Source of the DNA: Mizuhopecten yessoensis | Taxonomy: Eukaryota | Assembly (NCBI RefSeq): GCF_002113885.1 | Contig: NW_018479965.1 | Location: forward strand, 1-64,000 | DNA length: 64,000 nucleotides | Reading direction: 5' to 3' | Shown: piece after piece, positions 11,545-24,300 of the stretch | How positions within the stretch are numbered: position 1 is the first letter of the stretch | Layout: every line of letters begins with the position of its first letter | Translations under genes and position numbers: made by a program | Notes under the pieces: generated by a model | The model's input: only the letters and a program-made list of their open reading frames with translations | Told to the model about the DNA's origin: nothing | Databases searched by the model: none

Positions 11545-14330
11545 TTCTTAATTTAACACAACATTAAACTTATTCAAATTTTGAACCAGAAGACGTCATT
11601 CGTTTGTAAAAAGGTGACATTCCAAAATATAGTGAAAGAAATTCTCATAAGGATGACCACAATTACAAACTGCACTCTCAACAAGATTAACTCTAAAGAG
11701 GTCATAATTAAGGGAACTGCACTGGTGTCTGAGCTTAGTATACAAAATATGAAGTTTACGATTTGAATGAATTTATAGAGGGCAAGGATCGAACCGAATT
11801 TTCTTAGCTTTTCCAACAATGAAGAGTAGAAGGTATAAAAGAGTTAGTAAGAGACAGTATGAAAGAAGGAATCTTATAGTTATTATTGTTACGTAAAGTG
11901 TAATGGTTATTTTCTCCAGATAAGGGCGCCAAAAGATGATTGAAGTAATCAGGAGTTAATTTATTATGCGTCTTACACAACAGCTGAAGTTTCCTTCGGT
12001 TTCTTCGATTAAATAAAGTTTCAAGACCAGTTCTTTAACTATTAATAGGGGTATAAGAAGGAATTCCTAATATAATGCGAACAGCTTCAAGTTAGGCTTT
12101 TTCTATCTTTTCCGATTCTTTAGTGCAATCGTCCCACTACTTACATTCATGTAGTTGAGGAAAAGGAATGTGATAAGTTGTGAAAACTTGTGTCCAATTC
12201 TTTTGTAAATATTTATTTGCAATAAAATATGTTTAAATCAAAACCTACAAGCATATTCTAAAACTGGTAAAAGAAAAGTCTTGTAAATTATCAAAAGAGC
12301 ATCCAAAGTGTTTCAGTTTCCGTGAGACATTATTTCTTTTCATAACAGAATTGTAAATCCCATCGACATGATCTCCCCCACTTTGCATTTGAATTAAAAA
12401 TTACCCCTAAATGATTATGATAATCTGTAGAGTTTAAGCATTTCCAATCAAATTCTAAGTCTCAGTCTTCGTCGATATCAATGGAATTAGAAATAAACAA
12501 TACATCTGGGGTTTTTTCATGATGAAAATTAACCAACCAGGTTTTTGACCAAGTATTTAGAATCTCTAGGTCTCTATTTAAAGTTTTTAATTTCTAGACT
12601 TTAATAATGATGTATCGTTTGCAAAAAGACGAGACGTTGATTCAAAAATATCTGCTATGCCGTTAATAAATATAAGAAATAAAAGTGGTCCAAGAATAGA
12701 GCCTTGCGGAACTCTTGCCTCAATTAGACCTACAGAAGAATATGAACTGTTTATAAAAAAAAACATTTTGGTGTCTCCGAGACAAATACTTTTCTAGCCA
12801 TACGATTTTAATTTCACCATAAGACCTCTATGCTAAACCCTATCAAAAGCTTTGGATATGTCACAGAATACAACACATGTATGTTTTCTTTCCTCAAGTG
12901 CAATCTATATTTGGTGATAAATATAAATGAGTTGATACGCTGTAGATTGAACATGTATAAAACAAGACTGATATTTGTAAAACATAGAATTTTCTATAAA
13001 GTAGTTGTACAAATGTTTAAAAATCACTCTTTCAAAAACTCTACCAACAGTGGACAGCAAGGAAATTGGTCTATAGTTCGAAGGAGAATGCCTGTCACCC
13101 AATAAGTTCTATTTATTTGGATACATCCCTGTTAATGAGGACATATTAAATATTATTTCGAGGAGTACAAACACTGTGAGCATTATTCCTTAGCCTATGG
13201 TGGCTGGTTCATTCCCCACCCGAGGCCTTGCCGAGCTTCAATCGTAGAACATCACATATTTCAGTTGAATTTAATATAATTGAACTAATTTATTTGTCAG
13301 TTTTTGACTCAATAATCGGAACATCAGTGTTACTGTCATCTACTCGCAATACTACAAACATAGTCATTCAATAATTCAACTTTATCGTCATCTCTAGTAA
13401 CTATATGATAAGTAATAATATCTATGAAAGAAGTTATTGGTTGTGAAGTATAAGACGTTTTAATTAAGCTTTTAATCAATTTCCAATAAGACTTAGGATC
13501 AGAAGATGATTACCCATCAATAATATCATAAACATTTTCATAAAAAGTAACATGTGCATACTTTTTCATATTATTTACTTTGTTTCGCTGTGATTTGAAT
13601 TTGTTGATATCTACCAGACGTTTGGTTGAGATCGCTATTTTATGCAACCTATCCCTAATTATTCAGTTTGTCTAAATTCAGACGTCATCAATGGCTTATC
13701 ATTAGGTCTGATATTTACTTCTTTGCTAGGAATACATTCATTGGCAAAAGTTTAAAAAAATCAGTAAAACGATCACAGGCTAAATTAACTGAGTCACAAC
13801 TATAACAGATATCAATCTAAATATGTTTAGATATAAGTTCATAACATCCCCCCCCCCCCCCCCCCCCCCCNTCAAGTCGAAAGGGAGAATGAAAACCATC
13901 AATGCATAACTCATCAGTAGTGACCTGATCATCTAAATGAGTTTCGGTTAGACACACAATGTCGTAGTAATCTACTTTGTCCTCAATGAAGTTATGTCTA
14001 GCGCTCCTAATATTTAGATGAAATATAGAAAGCTCGCTAAGTCTCGGACCAGGATTGGACTCGACATCCAAATGCTGTAATAATAGCATTAATAAAATCT
14101 CTGAAAACTCGAAATTTCGGAAACACGAAATATATATGATATTTATCTGAATAATTAACCAAGAAAGATTTCTATGCAATTGATGAAGTAGTTTTAACCA
14201 AGAATTAAAACCAAAACAAAAAGTGATAAATGACTTCATCACACATCTTCCGTAGACCTTAGAATAAAAGGTACCGATCACTATTCTATGACACATACAA
14301 GAATTATCCGTTGTCAAATATGTAACACAA
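11545..14330 (-). mobile_element. Decayed CR1-group LINE with an N-terminal 2A-like peptide, APE endonuclease and RT
   Basis: ORF 13817-14317 contains LLLQHLDVESNPGP followed by LSIFHLNIRS..DIVCLTETHL (APE). Downstream lie NYRPISLLSTVGRVFER, PQGSILGPLLFLIFIN and LFANDTS, with many frameshifts. Confidence 0.85.
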
Positions 14331-15322
14331 ACATTAAGTAGAATAGCGAATCAGTATTCAGAATTTCATTAATAATGTGCAATGTGCAATCCAGCAATTG
14401 AAATTGTCAAACCTTATCACTATATATTTAGCCGAAAACAAACATGAAATGCCATGTAAACAAAAACACTGAATATTTGAAAATGAGCAAAGTCACGTGA
14501 AGTAATTATGAGACCAACATGAAAGAAGTCGGTTGAGTATAACACTGTCCTGTATCCATACAAAGAAACTTGTGACCCTTTAAAGGTTACCACCCAACGT
14601 GACTAGGTTTGAAATGTAAAACATAATATGTCGCCTCACTTCTGATGCTTCGTCGTCATGGTCGTATTATATTTTACCATATTTTTATGCGTAAATTATT
14701 TATTTCGAAAATGATCGGCATGATGACGTCTTATTATGTATTTGCAAAACAATATATTTATGCACATACAATGTCGTCAAATACATTTACTGTATATTCC
14801 CCAATGGTAATGTACGAACGTTGTCATCAAGGGCGTACTTCAGTGATAGTTAATATATGGTCATCGTTTATTTGACCTATAACCCGTAGTTTGATGTTGA
14901 TTTTGCTTTTGAACAATAAAAAGCATTCGGGTCGGGTGAAATTCTCGACCGCTCGTGGAAGTGGGTCGGGGGTACACCATGAAAGTGTGATGTGATTATT
15001 GACACAGGCGACGATATATCTTCCAATCTTTGTTGAAAAGGCACGTGATGATCATCGGGTACCTTTACCGACAAGGCCTTAATGTACTCTTTGCTAAATG
15101 TGGTAACGGTTCGGCTAAAACCTTTAGTGATTTCTTGTACGTAGTCTGGTCAGAGATAAGATGTATCCATATACATATATTCTGTTTATTAACGATGCAA
15201 TGATTATAAAGACTGAACTGTTTATCATTAATTAAAATATACAACAACGACACATTTTGACTTTACATGATACCATTATAACGTTTCAATGGAATGTAAA
15301 CTATGTGAATGTAGAGGTCGAT

Positions 15323-18300
15323 ATGTCGGACGCAGCACAGAAACTCACCTGTAACATAAGGACGAGGTTGGTATCCATTGGTATTATCACAATACTGACA
15401 TTGAGTATATATAGTGCTCGCCATTCACAAGAAGCTAGACGAACAATCTATACATCTAGGATGGTACGAGGTACTCAAGTCAGGTAAGAACTACGCTTTC
15501 CCATTGTGATAGTTTATATGACGACAATTGTTGTAAGCTGTAACATAATATATACTGCTTTGACGTGAAAGTGCATTGTAAGTTGTACCATTACATATAC
15601 TGCTCTAATGACATATGTGATACTGAAAACGCTTCTCCGTCCAGGATACTAGAATTCGCTTTCGTCGGTATCTTAGCCTGACTCTGGTTCAATGTATCTA
15701 GGTTCATTACTTGAGTATATGTACAGTCAGTTTGATTCCTTTAACAATAACAGATACTTGGTTTTATCAAACCCTAAATATTTATTATGTATTGCCTTTA
15801 TCACAGCGGAAGCGATACGAATCCCATGGTCACGCTCTACCAGCTAGGGCGCGCTCCACATTCGCCAAGTCTTACGCCATTTGCAATCAAACTTGAAACC
15901 TATCTACGGGTAGCAAACATTCCATATAAAGTGAGTTTTTACAATATTATATTTATTTTTAACTATGTAAACTGATATTGCTGTTGACACCCGGCATACT
16001 GATTCCCAGTGAACTTACAACGATAGGGGATAGATAGAACGGTTGTTATCAAACATGAGAAAATGATACTATTCGTTTGAGTAAATATACGTTTAGCATT
16101 TTAGATAAAAGAAGTGCTTGATATCAGTAGTATATTCAGTTAATGCAAATTGCAAGGCTCTCTTGACCTTTTCTATTTTGTTAGTTGCAGTGTGGCTACA
16201 AAAAAAAGAGGGCAGTAGTCAAAATTTGATAAAATGAAAGACTTGTTGATTAACATCTTTACCGCCCTCGGTAAAAAAATGTCCAATTGTTTTTAAAACC
16301 ACCAGCTTCCTGGATACATTTCTGCATGTATGAAAAATGTGTTTATCAATTTGTCAATTTAACTCCAAGCACATGCACTGACTCGTCACAAGTAATGTCA
16401 GTGTTAACAACGTTGAAATGATCAAAACCTTTTTTAAAATGTCTCCCAAAACATATGGATTGAGATTTTTTTAGGGAAAATATTCATAAAAAGTATATTT
16501 AACATGTTCTTTATGACAAAGATAGATGTTAGTTGATTAAGATATTTTGTCATGCAATCTTTTATCTCATATCATTAAAACGTTTTAGAATGACCACAGC
16601 GGAAAATCTAGCTCCAAGGGAAAATTTCCTTGGATCTCATATAATGGAAAGAAAATTGCCGACTCAGAATTCTGTATCGAATTTCTGAACAAGGAACGAA
16701 ATATTGATCTTAACAATCATTTAAGCGCCGAACAGAGAGGCGCTGGACGAGCTCTTCAGAAGATGGTGGAGGAAAATACGTACTGGTATGTTATGTTGGT
16801 AGCCGTCATTCCATCTCTTCATCATGTTATGACATAGTAGAAGTAAACTACTTCTTTAATATGGAATTGTCATATAACATATCATGCTATAACTTCGCAT
16901 AATTCAACTCCTCAATTTGAACAAATATGATCTGTTATTAAGTGCTCAAAACGAAGGTTGGGCTGCTGCTGCTTCCTTCTCCTCCTTCTTCTTTATTCCT
17001 GCCTCGTATCGAAGATGACCCCCGTAGCATCTGATTTGTCGAGATTTAAATATTGACTTATTTCGCTCAACATTGGTATGTATGTGTATTATGCAATTAC
17101 GAATACTACAGTGACTTCCGTTAGCATCACGACCACGAAAATATTGCCTGTACTCTAAACCGATCGGAAAAAATGTCGTCGCCATAGCCTTCGCTATCAT
17201 TGCTATGCTGATGACACATACACATTAATATGGTTCTCCTGTTGCACCATTTGTGCCTGATTGTCACAAAACAATAACTCAACAATTTCATAAATTGCAA
17301 CGGCACGACCACGCCGTGTACTGAGTTTATTACAAAAACACATTGCATCCTCAATATACATACTCAATTCAAATCCTATCAAATTCAATGTACATCAACA
17401 TCAATAGCGTTACTTAGATATACTTATCATACTCGCGTATCAGTTTCGTTAAAGTGATACAATGAGGAAATATCCTCAAAAATTTAGAAAATCTGTGCGA
17501 ACGTGTCGACGTGGTCGCTCTGAATGACCACCTTACACCTTACACACCCACCCGTGCGACACAAGCACGGACACTACATGCTGCCTCATGCAGCACGCAT
17601 ACGACAGGAGAAAACAATTTCAGTCTAATTCGTACCTCAAACGAATGAAATTATATTTCTCCTGTTGCACCATTTGTGCCTGATTGTCACAAAACAATAA
17701 CTCAACAATTTCATAAATTGCAACGGCACGACCACGCCGTGTACTGAAACCCAAAGAACGGGAAATGTGTATTAATAAAAAATGGCTAAATGCCTAGATT
17801 TTTTGACACCGACAGCCTCTCCTCCAAAGAATCATTGACATAACCGTCTTTAGCGTTTTCTGATCTCCATCTGCCGTGCCTCTTAAATAATCTATATCCG
17901 ATAGCTAAATTGGCTGACCTATTTGCACAACTACTAGCCCCTCCTGACCTTAAACTATGCATTCCATACTTACTAATATCCGACACAAACGGGGAAAAAA
18001 CTTCGATAAACAATTCGCGCATCCTAGTATAAGAAAGAGGCCGGTTGTCTGATCGTAGAACGAAACCCATATTGGTTTTTGTCAATGATCTGAACAGGTA
18101 ACTATCCGAACCTACTTGTATTCCTGCTAATTTGATATATATTACAAAGTTGGAAACCGGACATAACTTGGAATACGTTCTCGCTAGTACGACGAGGTTC
18201 CCATCTCTGTAGATATCGGTTTTACTTTGTTTGATAAAAATTGTCATATGACTTTCCGCCAATTCTATGTCGCACATTCTCACATTTAACAATTCCGATA

Positions 18301-21300
18301 CTCTGAAAAAACCTGCATACGCAATTAAGCATGAACAAATAGTACGCTGTGAATACAAATTACTGTCACTAAAATTTGCAGTATACATCAATTCCAATAA
18401 CTCTGGCGTTATTGGTTCTTTTCTATCTTTAGGACCAGATAAACGTCGCTTAGCCCCCTCCAAAATGTTTTTTACAAGCGCACTGTCCGTTGGCGAATTC
18501 CCACCAAAAATGGAATGAGCCCATTTTATGCTGTAAAAAGCCTGTACGATGGGGCTAGGCGAAGAACTTTGTTGCACTAGACACGCGAGATACAAAGCCA
18601 CATGGATGGCCTTAGCCGGTAAACAATCCTTCACCTCTAGTCCTTTAGACAACGCCCATTTCTTCCATCTTGAAAAACCTTGATAGTATGCCCTTGTGGT
18701 ATTATTAGCTTTACTGTCTATCAGAAGTCCAGGAAGAAGGCTGACGTGTCCGGCTAAGGCCCCAGGTAGCTCTGCAATCTCGTGCTCGAATGCCTGCGAA
18801 AATATATGTACACAAAAAACTTTTAATTACACATATCATCAAAAAATTTGTACAACAATACAAATATAAGTACAAAAAACAAACTTCTGCTTAATAGAAA
18901 AATACAAATTACAGACAGCCCTGTAATTTAGGACAACCACAGCTAATGCAGCCTGTGGTTAGGACAATTACAGACAGCACCTGTAATTAGGACAACTGCA
19001 GAAAGCACTACAGTTAGGGATGGTTAGTATTGGTTACATTAGATATCATCCAAAGTCTAATCGCAGAGCAATCATCTTGAAAGGCAGATCGATTCTCCCC
19101 AATACAGACTTATTTCCCTTCCCCAGAGAATATGAATCTTTATTAGTTGGTAAGTATAACATTCCAACCACCTCGGGTCTAAAGCCGCCACCACTTGGAC
19201 ATAAAAATGGCCAAAAACTGGCAGACCTCCACAAAGGTACAACCAACGTGCCGTATGCACCACACTGTTGCATATACTTTAGCACTCTATGCACCAAGCA
19301 TACTGGTGGCACGAACCACCCGTTCACCCCTTGCCAATCAGCTGTGAACGCGTCCATACCGGACGACTGTGTATCAAAATACCTAGAAAAATATACCGGT
19401 AGCTTTCTATTGTTGACACTGGAAAACCAGTCAATTTCGTGAGGCCCCCAAAGGGAATCTACATGGACAAAAATGTCCTTAGACACACCCCAATCATCAC
19501 AATCAATGATACGACTGATGTAGTCTGCCTGCTCATTTTCCCCTCGAGGGATCCATTCAATATCAATAGAAATACCATTTGCTAAACACGTGTCAAATAT
19601 TGACAACGCAAGACTTTGTAGCTCGGATTTCATACTCCCTTTGTTTACAATACACACAACGTTCTGGTTATCTGTGTACCATTTCACACGCTTACCTCGA
19701 AGCACGTGTACCAATGACAACAATACACTACTGACAGCTGACAATTCACGCCATGTCGAACTTTTCTCCTTCTCGCTATCACTCCACATACCGTGGGCGA
19801 AACCAACCGGGGTATCTACCTCATATCCCCCGAAACCCGTACCACTGGCGTCACTGAAAACTATTTTTTGACAGGAATAATCAAAATTAAACTTTTTCTC
19901 GTTTATTCGATCGACACTCCTTTCCCAAAAATAAAGTTGTTCAATACTTGACCTAGACAATACTATTCCGGCATTCCATGATGGGGCAGATGCTATATCA
20001 ATACTTAAGCTCTTTGTCATTATATATACAACGTTTCCCAAAATGTATGACATTGAAACTATCTGTCCTACAATAGATGCTACTTTCCTAGTCCAAACCG
20101 ACTCAAATTTTGCCATATCGGATTTGACCCCCAAAATACAGGACCGTAACTTGTCTATTCTGATCTGTGGTATTTTTAAAATGCCCAACACGGTGTCTAT
20201 AAAGTTTCCCAGAAACACTAACTGTCTAACAGGCACCCAAGTAGACTTTTCCGGTTTAGGAACAAAACCACTTTGGATCAGATCATGTTTCACCTGACAA
20301 GCTATCAACGTACACGCAGACTTGTCAGCGTGTGTACCCAGGCCGTCATCAAGATACATAAGAATTTCCTTGCCCTCAGATCGCCATTTTTTAACTAGAG
20401 GCCTGGTGATCTTACTATACAAATAACATGCGGAACTCAGACCAAAAGGTATAACTTCGAATTTGAAAAATCTGACTTTATTACCGAATCGCCATGAAAA
20501 ACCCAAAAATGTTTTGTGTGGTTCGAAAATTTCAATGTGGTGATAGGCCGAATGTATGTCAAATTTAAAACAAAAACAATCATTTTTGATAAATTGCATG
20601 GCCACCCTTATATCTTCAAACTTTACACTACATTTCCACAGGTGTGCATTGACGTGTCTCAAATCTAATATAAGACGTTTCTTACCGCTAGCTTGAACGG
20701 ACACTGTCAATGGGTTAGTGACGTAAGGCATCTCGCTACACTCTACAACCAATGACCTTGCTACCAGATCTAAGATCGCTTTCTCAACAAATGATTCATG
20801 TTTCAACGCCGACTGATTATTTTTTAACCATACCGAACATGGAGTAGAATAAAAGGGAATCTTGTACCCGTTTCTGATAGTATCCAATATAAAATTGCTA
20901 CATCCTATACTCTCCCAGAACGAAATACGTCCTTTTAATCTACCCTTGACTTTGATATCAGCTTGCCCTTGCTCGTATTCATAAAAATCATCAGTCAAAA
21001 AATACTCATCTTTTACAAAGTCACTCTTTTCCGCCTGCACGACTGGACTTGGCTTGGCCTGGACACTCGTTTCTCCAGTGTGAGAATGATCCACAGCTAA
21101 AACATCCGCCTCCAGTCGTCCGCCTTCGTTGTGGGTAAGTGTGTGCGTGTGCTGACCCGGCCTGGGATGCGGGCCACGCGTTGACCCATGACTCCTGACC
21201 TTGGGGCACACGAAAGGGCAACTGAACACCAGAAACACCAGGACCAACACTCGCAGGCTTGTAGACACTTTGTTTACGATTGTGCTGTTGTTGTTTTCCC

Positions 21301-24300
21301 TTCTTTTTCTTGAGGGCCCGATTCTCCGCCCTGTTGATTTTCCCCTCATCGTCAGAATTACTTGCTATTGGATTGTGCTCGTAATGACGCACAGTTTCCC
21401 ATCCACCGTCACTGGTATCCGCGATTTTAATTAATTTGTTTCGCTTGGACAATTTCTCCTGCACACTAGCTACTAATTCGCACGCATAGTCGACCTTTAC
21501 ATTTTGTAAAGCCCAAGACACTTGATCCAAATCTTCCTTTATTTCTGTGTTGAGGGCAAACTGCAGTCTATGACTCTCGCTTTTCCATTTGAAAGAATGT
21601 TCCACCTTTAAACGCTTGACCTGGGCGGACACCTGCCCGGCCGACCCCTTTACTTCCTCCTTCAATTCCCCAATTTCGCGCCGTAAATTTGCGTTTATAG
21701 ACGCAATACTGTCACCTTGCGATTTCACGGCGTTTAGAATGTCTCCTAAACTTATCTGTCCTCCTGAATTTAAAACTCCATCACTTGGAGGCAGTGAAGA
21801 ACCCTCTGCAGGATCAGACATCGAAAAATGTGTTTACTTTACCTCGCTCTCAGTACTTTAGAAAATCTGTGCGAACGTGTGTCGACGTGGTCGCTCTGAA
21901 TGACCACCTTACACCTTACACACCCACCCGTGCGACACAAGCACGGACACTACATGCTGCCTCATGCAGCACGCATACGACAGGAGAAAACAATTTCAGT
22001 CTAATTCGTACCTCAAACGAATGAAATTATATTCATCAAACAACAGGCCAGTTGGGATACAATTTCAGAAAAGCTTGTCTGACAAATATCAGTACCTGGA
22101 GGAACGCCAAATGCTAAAGCTTAATCAGGAAAAGACGGAACTAATCGTCTTTCCCCAAAGTGTCAGCAAACAATGACTCTCCAGCTCAAGGTTGGTGTCA
22201 GAACTATCGAGACTCTCCCAGCTGTTAAAAACTTAGGGGTATACTTTGATAGTTCACTGAACATGGCGAAACAAGTGAACGCTATTGCCAAATCCTGTTA
22301 TATAACTACCAGATCAGGAACATCGGCTGTTTCCGGAAGTTTATAACTAAAGATGCATGCAAGATTTTGGTTCATTCACTTGTTACCTTTCGGTTTAATT
22401 ATCTGTCAAACTAACTAGTCGTCTGCAGAGGGTCCAGTACACTGCAGCACGGCTGGTTACTCGTACTCGAAAGAGAGAGAGCACATCAAGTGGTATCTTC
22501 ATTGCACTGGTTACCTATACGATACAGGTCGCAGTACACAATTTTGGTAAACAAACAATGCACTGAATGGAACAGCTTCCCAGTACCTACAAGAGCTTGT
22601 TACCCTGTATCAGCCGTCAGAATCTTTGTTGTTTGTTCCAAACTCTCGTACTGTGACCTATGGAAACCGGTGCTTTGTGAGGATTTCGGCTACGTTATGG
22701 ATAAGCTTACCAAATGCTATAATAAAGTCAAATACCCTGGCCAAATTCAAGAAGGACATAAAAACTCACCTCTTTACGTCTGCATTTTAGGCTCTTTGCA
22801 AAGACGTTATGTAAATACCATCCTTTATTTATTCATTTATGTTCACATTGCGATGATTATCTGCTTGAGTAATGTATAAAGGTGATTGTAAGCTTTTTTG
22901 TTTCACAATTATAACTAATACTACTATTCATATGTTGTGAAGAGCTCTTGAGTAATTTTACAAATTATGTAGGGCGCTATATAAATGATGTATATTATTA
23001 TCATTAATATTATTATCATCTACGAGTGTTACAACCGCCTTTACCATTAGAACTTGTTTGGAATATGCTAGTAAACTAGCATCACAATCGAGTTCCGTTT
23101 TCTGAGACAGTCAATGTTTCAAAATAAATTCTGAATGCACAGAAAGTTAAGCTATGTGTTTGCAATTTAATTGCAACTAGATGTAGCAGCCAACATCGTG
23201 TGTTTGTGTTTCCCTCCCGGATGTACCAAAGGACGATAGTGTTGTCAAAGATCTTTTCGTACCTTCCAAATAGTCAAAGAGTGATGCATTAAACAAAAAG
23301 ATGTATAACGTTTTCCAAAGTCATTTCGAGTTATTTCGAGTTGCACAGCGACTATTACCAAATATATAGGATATAACATTATGCCATTACATTAGAATTT
23401 GGACTATTATCCGAATACATTAAAAAACCATTTCTGTTCATATTTTATGGCTTTTGTGAATTTTCAAATATTAATTTTGTTTTTATCTCAGGTATGATCA
23501 TGGTCAAAACTGAACAGAATTTACGATAGGGAATAATAATTCTTTAAAAATAGTTTTTGTCGTCCTTCATTAAGACCGTACTCCTTTCTCCTGATATAGG
23601 ACTGTAGTTCTCGACCGTTGGGTGTATGACAAGACGAACGGAGCTCCCACTGCTTTAGGGGTCCCTAAAATACTGCGGTGGCTCTTTAGGTCAAGGATTA
23701 AGACCGCGGCCAAAAAACAAGGGATGGGACGACATACCCAAGATGAAGTCGAACAAATCCTGCGTAGTGACATCAACGCCGTTTCTGATTATATTGGTAC
23801 GTAAAAAAAGAAGACAATTCTAGATGACGTAAAATGTAAGCAAAAGGAAATTGCATTATCGATTTGTTTAAATAATTTTGTGAATATATATAAAGAAATG
23901 ATACATTACTACAATGTACTAAAATTCGCGATTCTCCTCGGTGGATTTATGAATAACGACCTGAATAAAAACAAAAATGATTTGCTGACATCATCTTATT
24001 CATGGTGCGCTGATAGTACGCCCCCATTTGATATAAACTATTGTACGCTATGTTAGTGTAAATATATGAATACGAAATGCAGACACAACCTATCAATATT
24101 CTACTACTTACAGAAGACAGACATCGTATTACACCAGGTTGTGGGACGCGGTATCCCTATAAATAGGAAATATAAAATCACCAATAATGTTTACTTTATA
24201 TGATGGCGAACGGAGTTAAAAGTATCAATAGTTTGATATTTAATACAACTAATTGATTAACATGAAGTATGTTCAGGGGCTTCATAATGGGGGAAAAAAC

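Larger units (their letters stand above)
17234..22033 (-). mobile_element. Full-length PAT-like DIRS-order tyrosine-recombinase retrotransposon with split direct repeats (4.8 kb)
   Basis: In element orientation: A1 (22033-21857), gag, RT/RNaseH/MT, YR, B1 (17747-17657), A2 (17656-17483), 158-bp spacer with AATAAA, B2 (17324-17234). B copies read as identical and A copies differ by a 2-bp indel. A methyltransferase-like domain together with split repeats favours PAT-like over Ngaro. Confidence 0.92.
16946..23018 (+). mobile_element. L2-type LINE remnant split by the DIRS insertion (pieces about 16946-17233 and 22034-23018)
   Basis: The left piece ends ...HSLRYHCYADDT. The right piece continues LKLNQEKTELIVF, LGVYFDSSL, LQRVQYTAARLV, LHWLPIRYR and ends with a gcgctatataaat...tattattat tail. 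Confidence 0.8.

Noticed and set aside
13847-13871. Poly-G/poly-Gly tract or G-quadruplex in the LINE
   Set aside because: It is a homopolymer next to an N, so probably a sequencing or assembly artefact.
18906-19015. CRISPR-like repeat-spacer appearance
   Set aside because: The constant part is only about 5-7 nt, the variable parts are related hairpins, there are no cas genes, and the context is eukaryotic.
21836-21850. GAG|GTAAAG donor upstream of gag as the source of the YR start codon
   Set aside because: The YR-frame sequence upstream of this donor meets a TAA within six codons and has no ATG, so it cannot supply the start.
18267-22176. Plus-strand ORFs inside the DIRS element
   Set aside because: They are antisense to gag, pol and YR and have no recognisable motifs.
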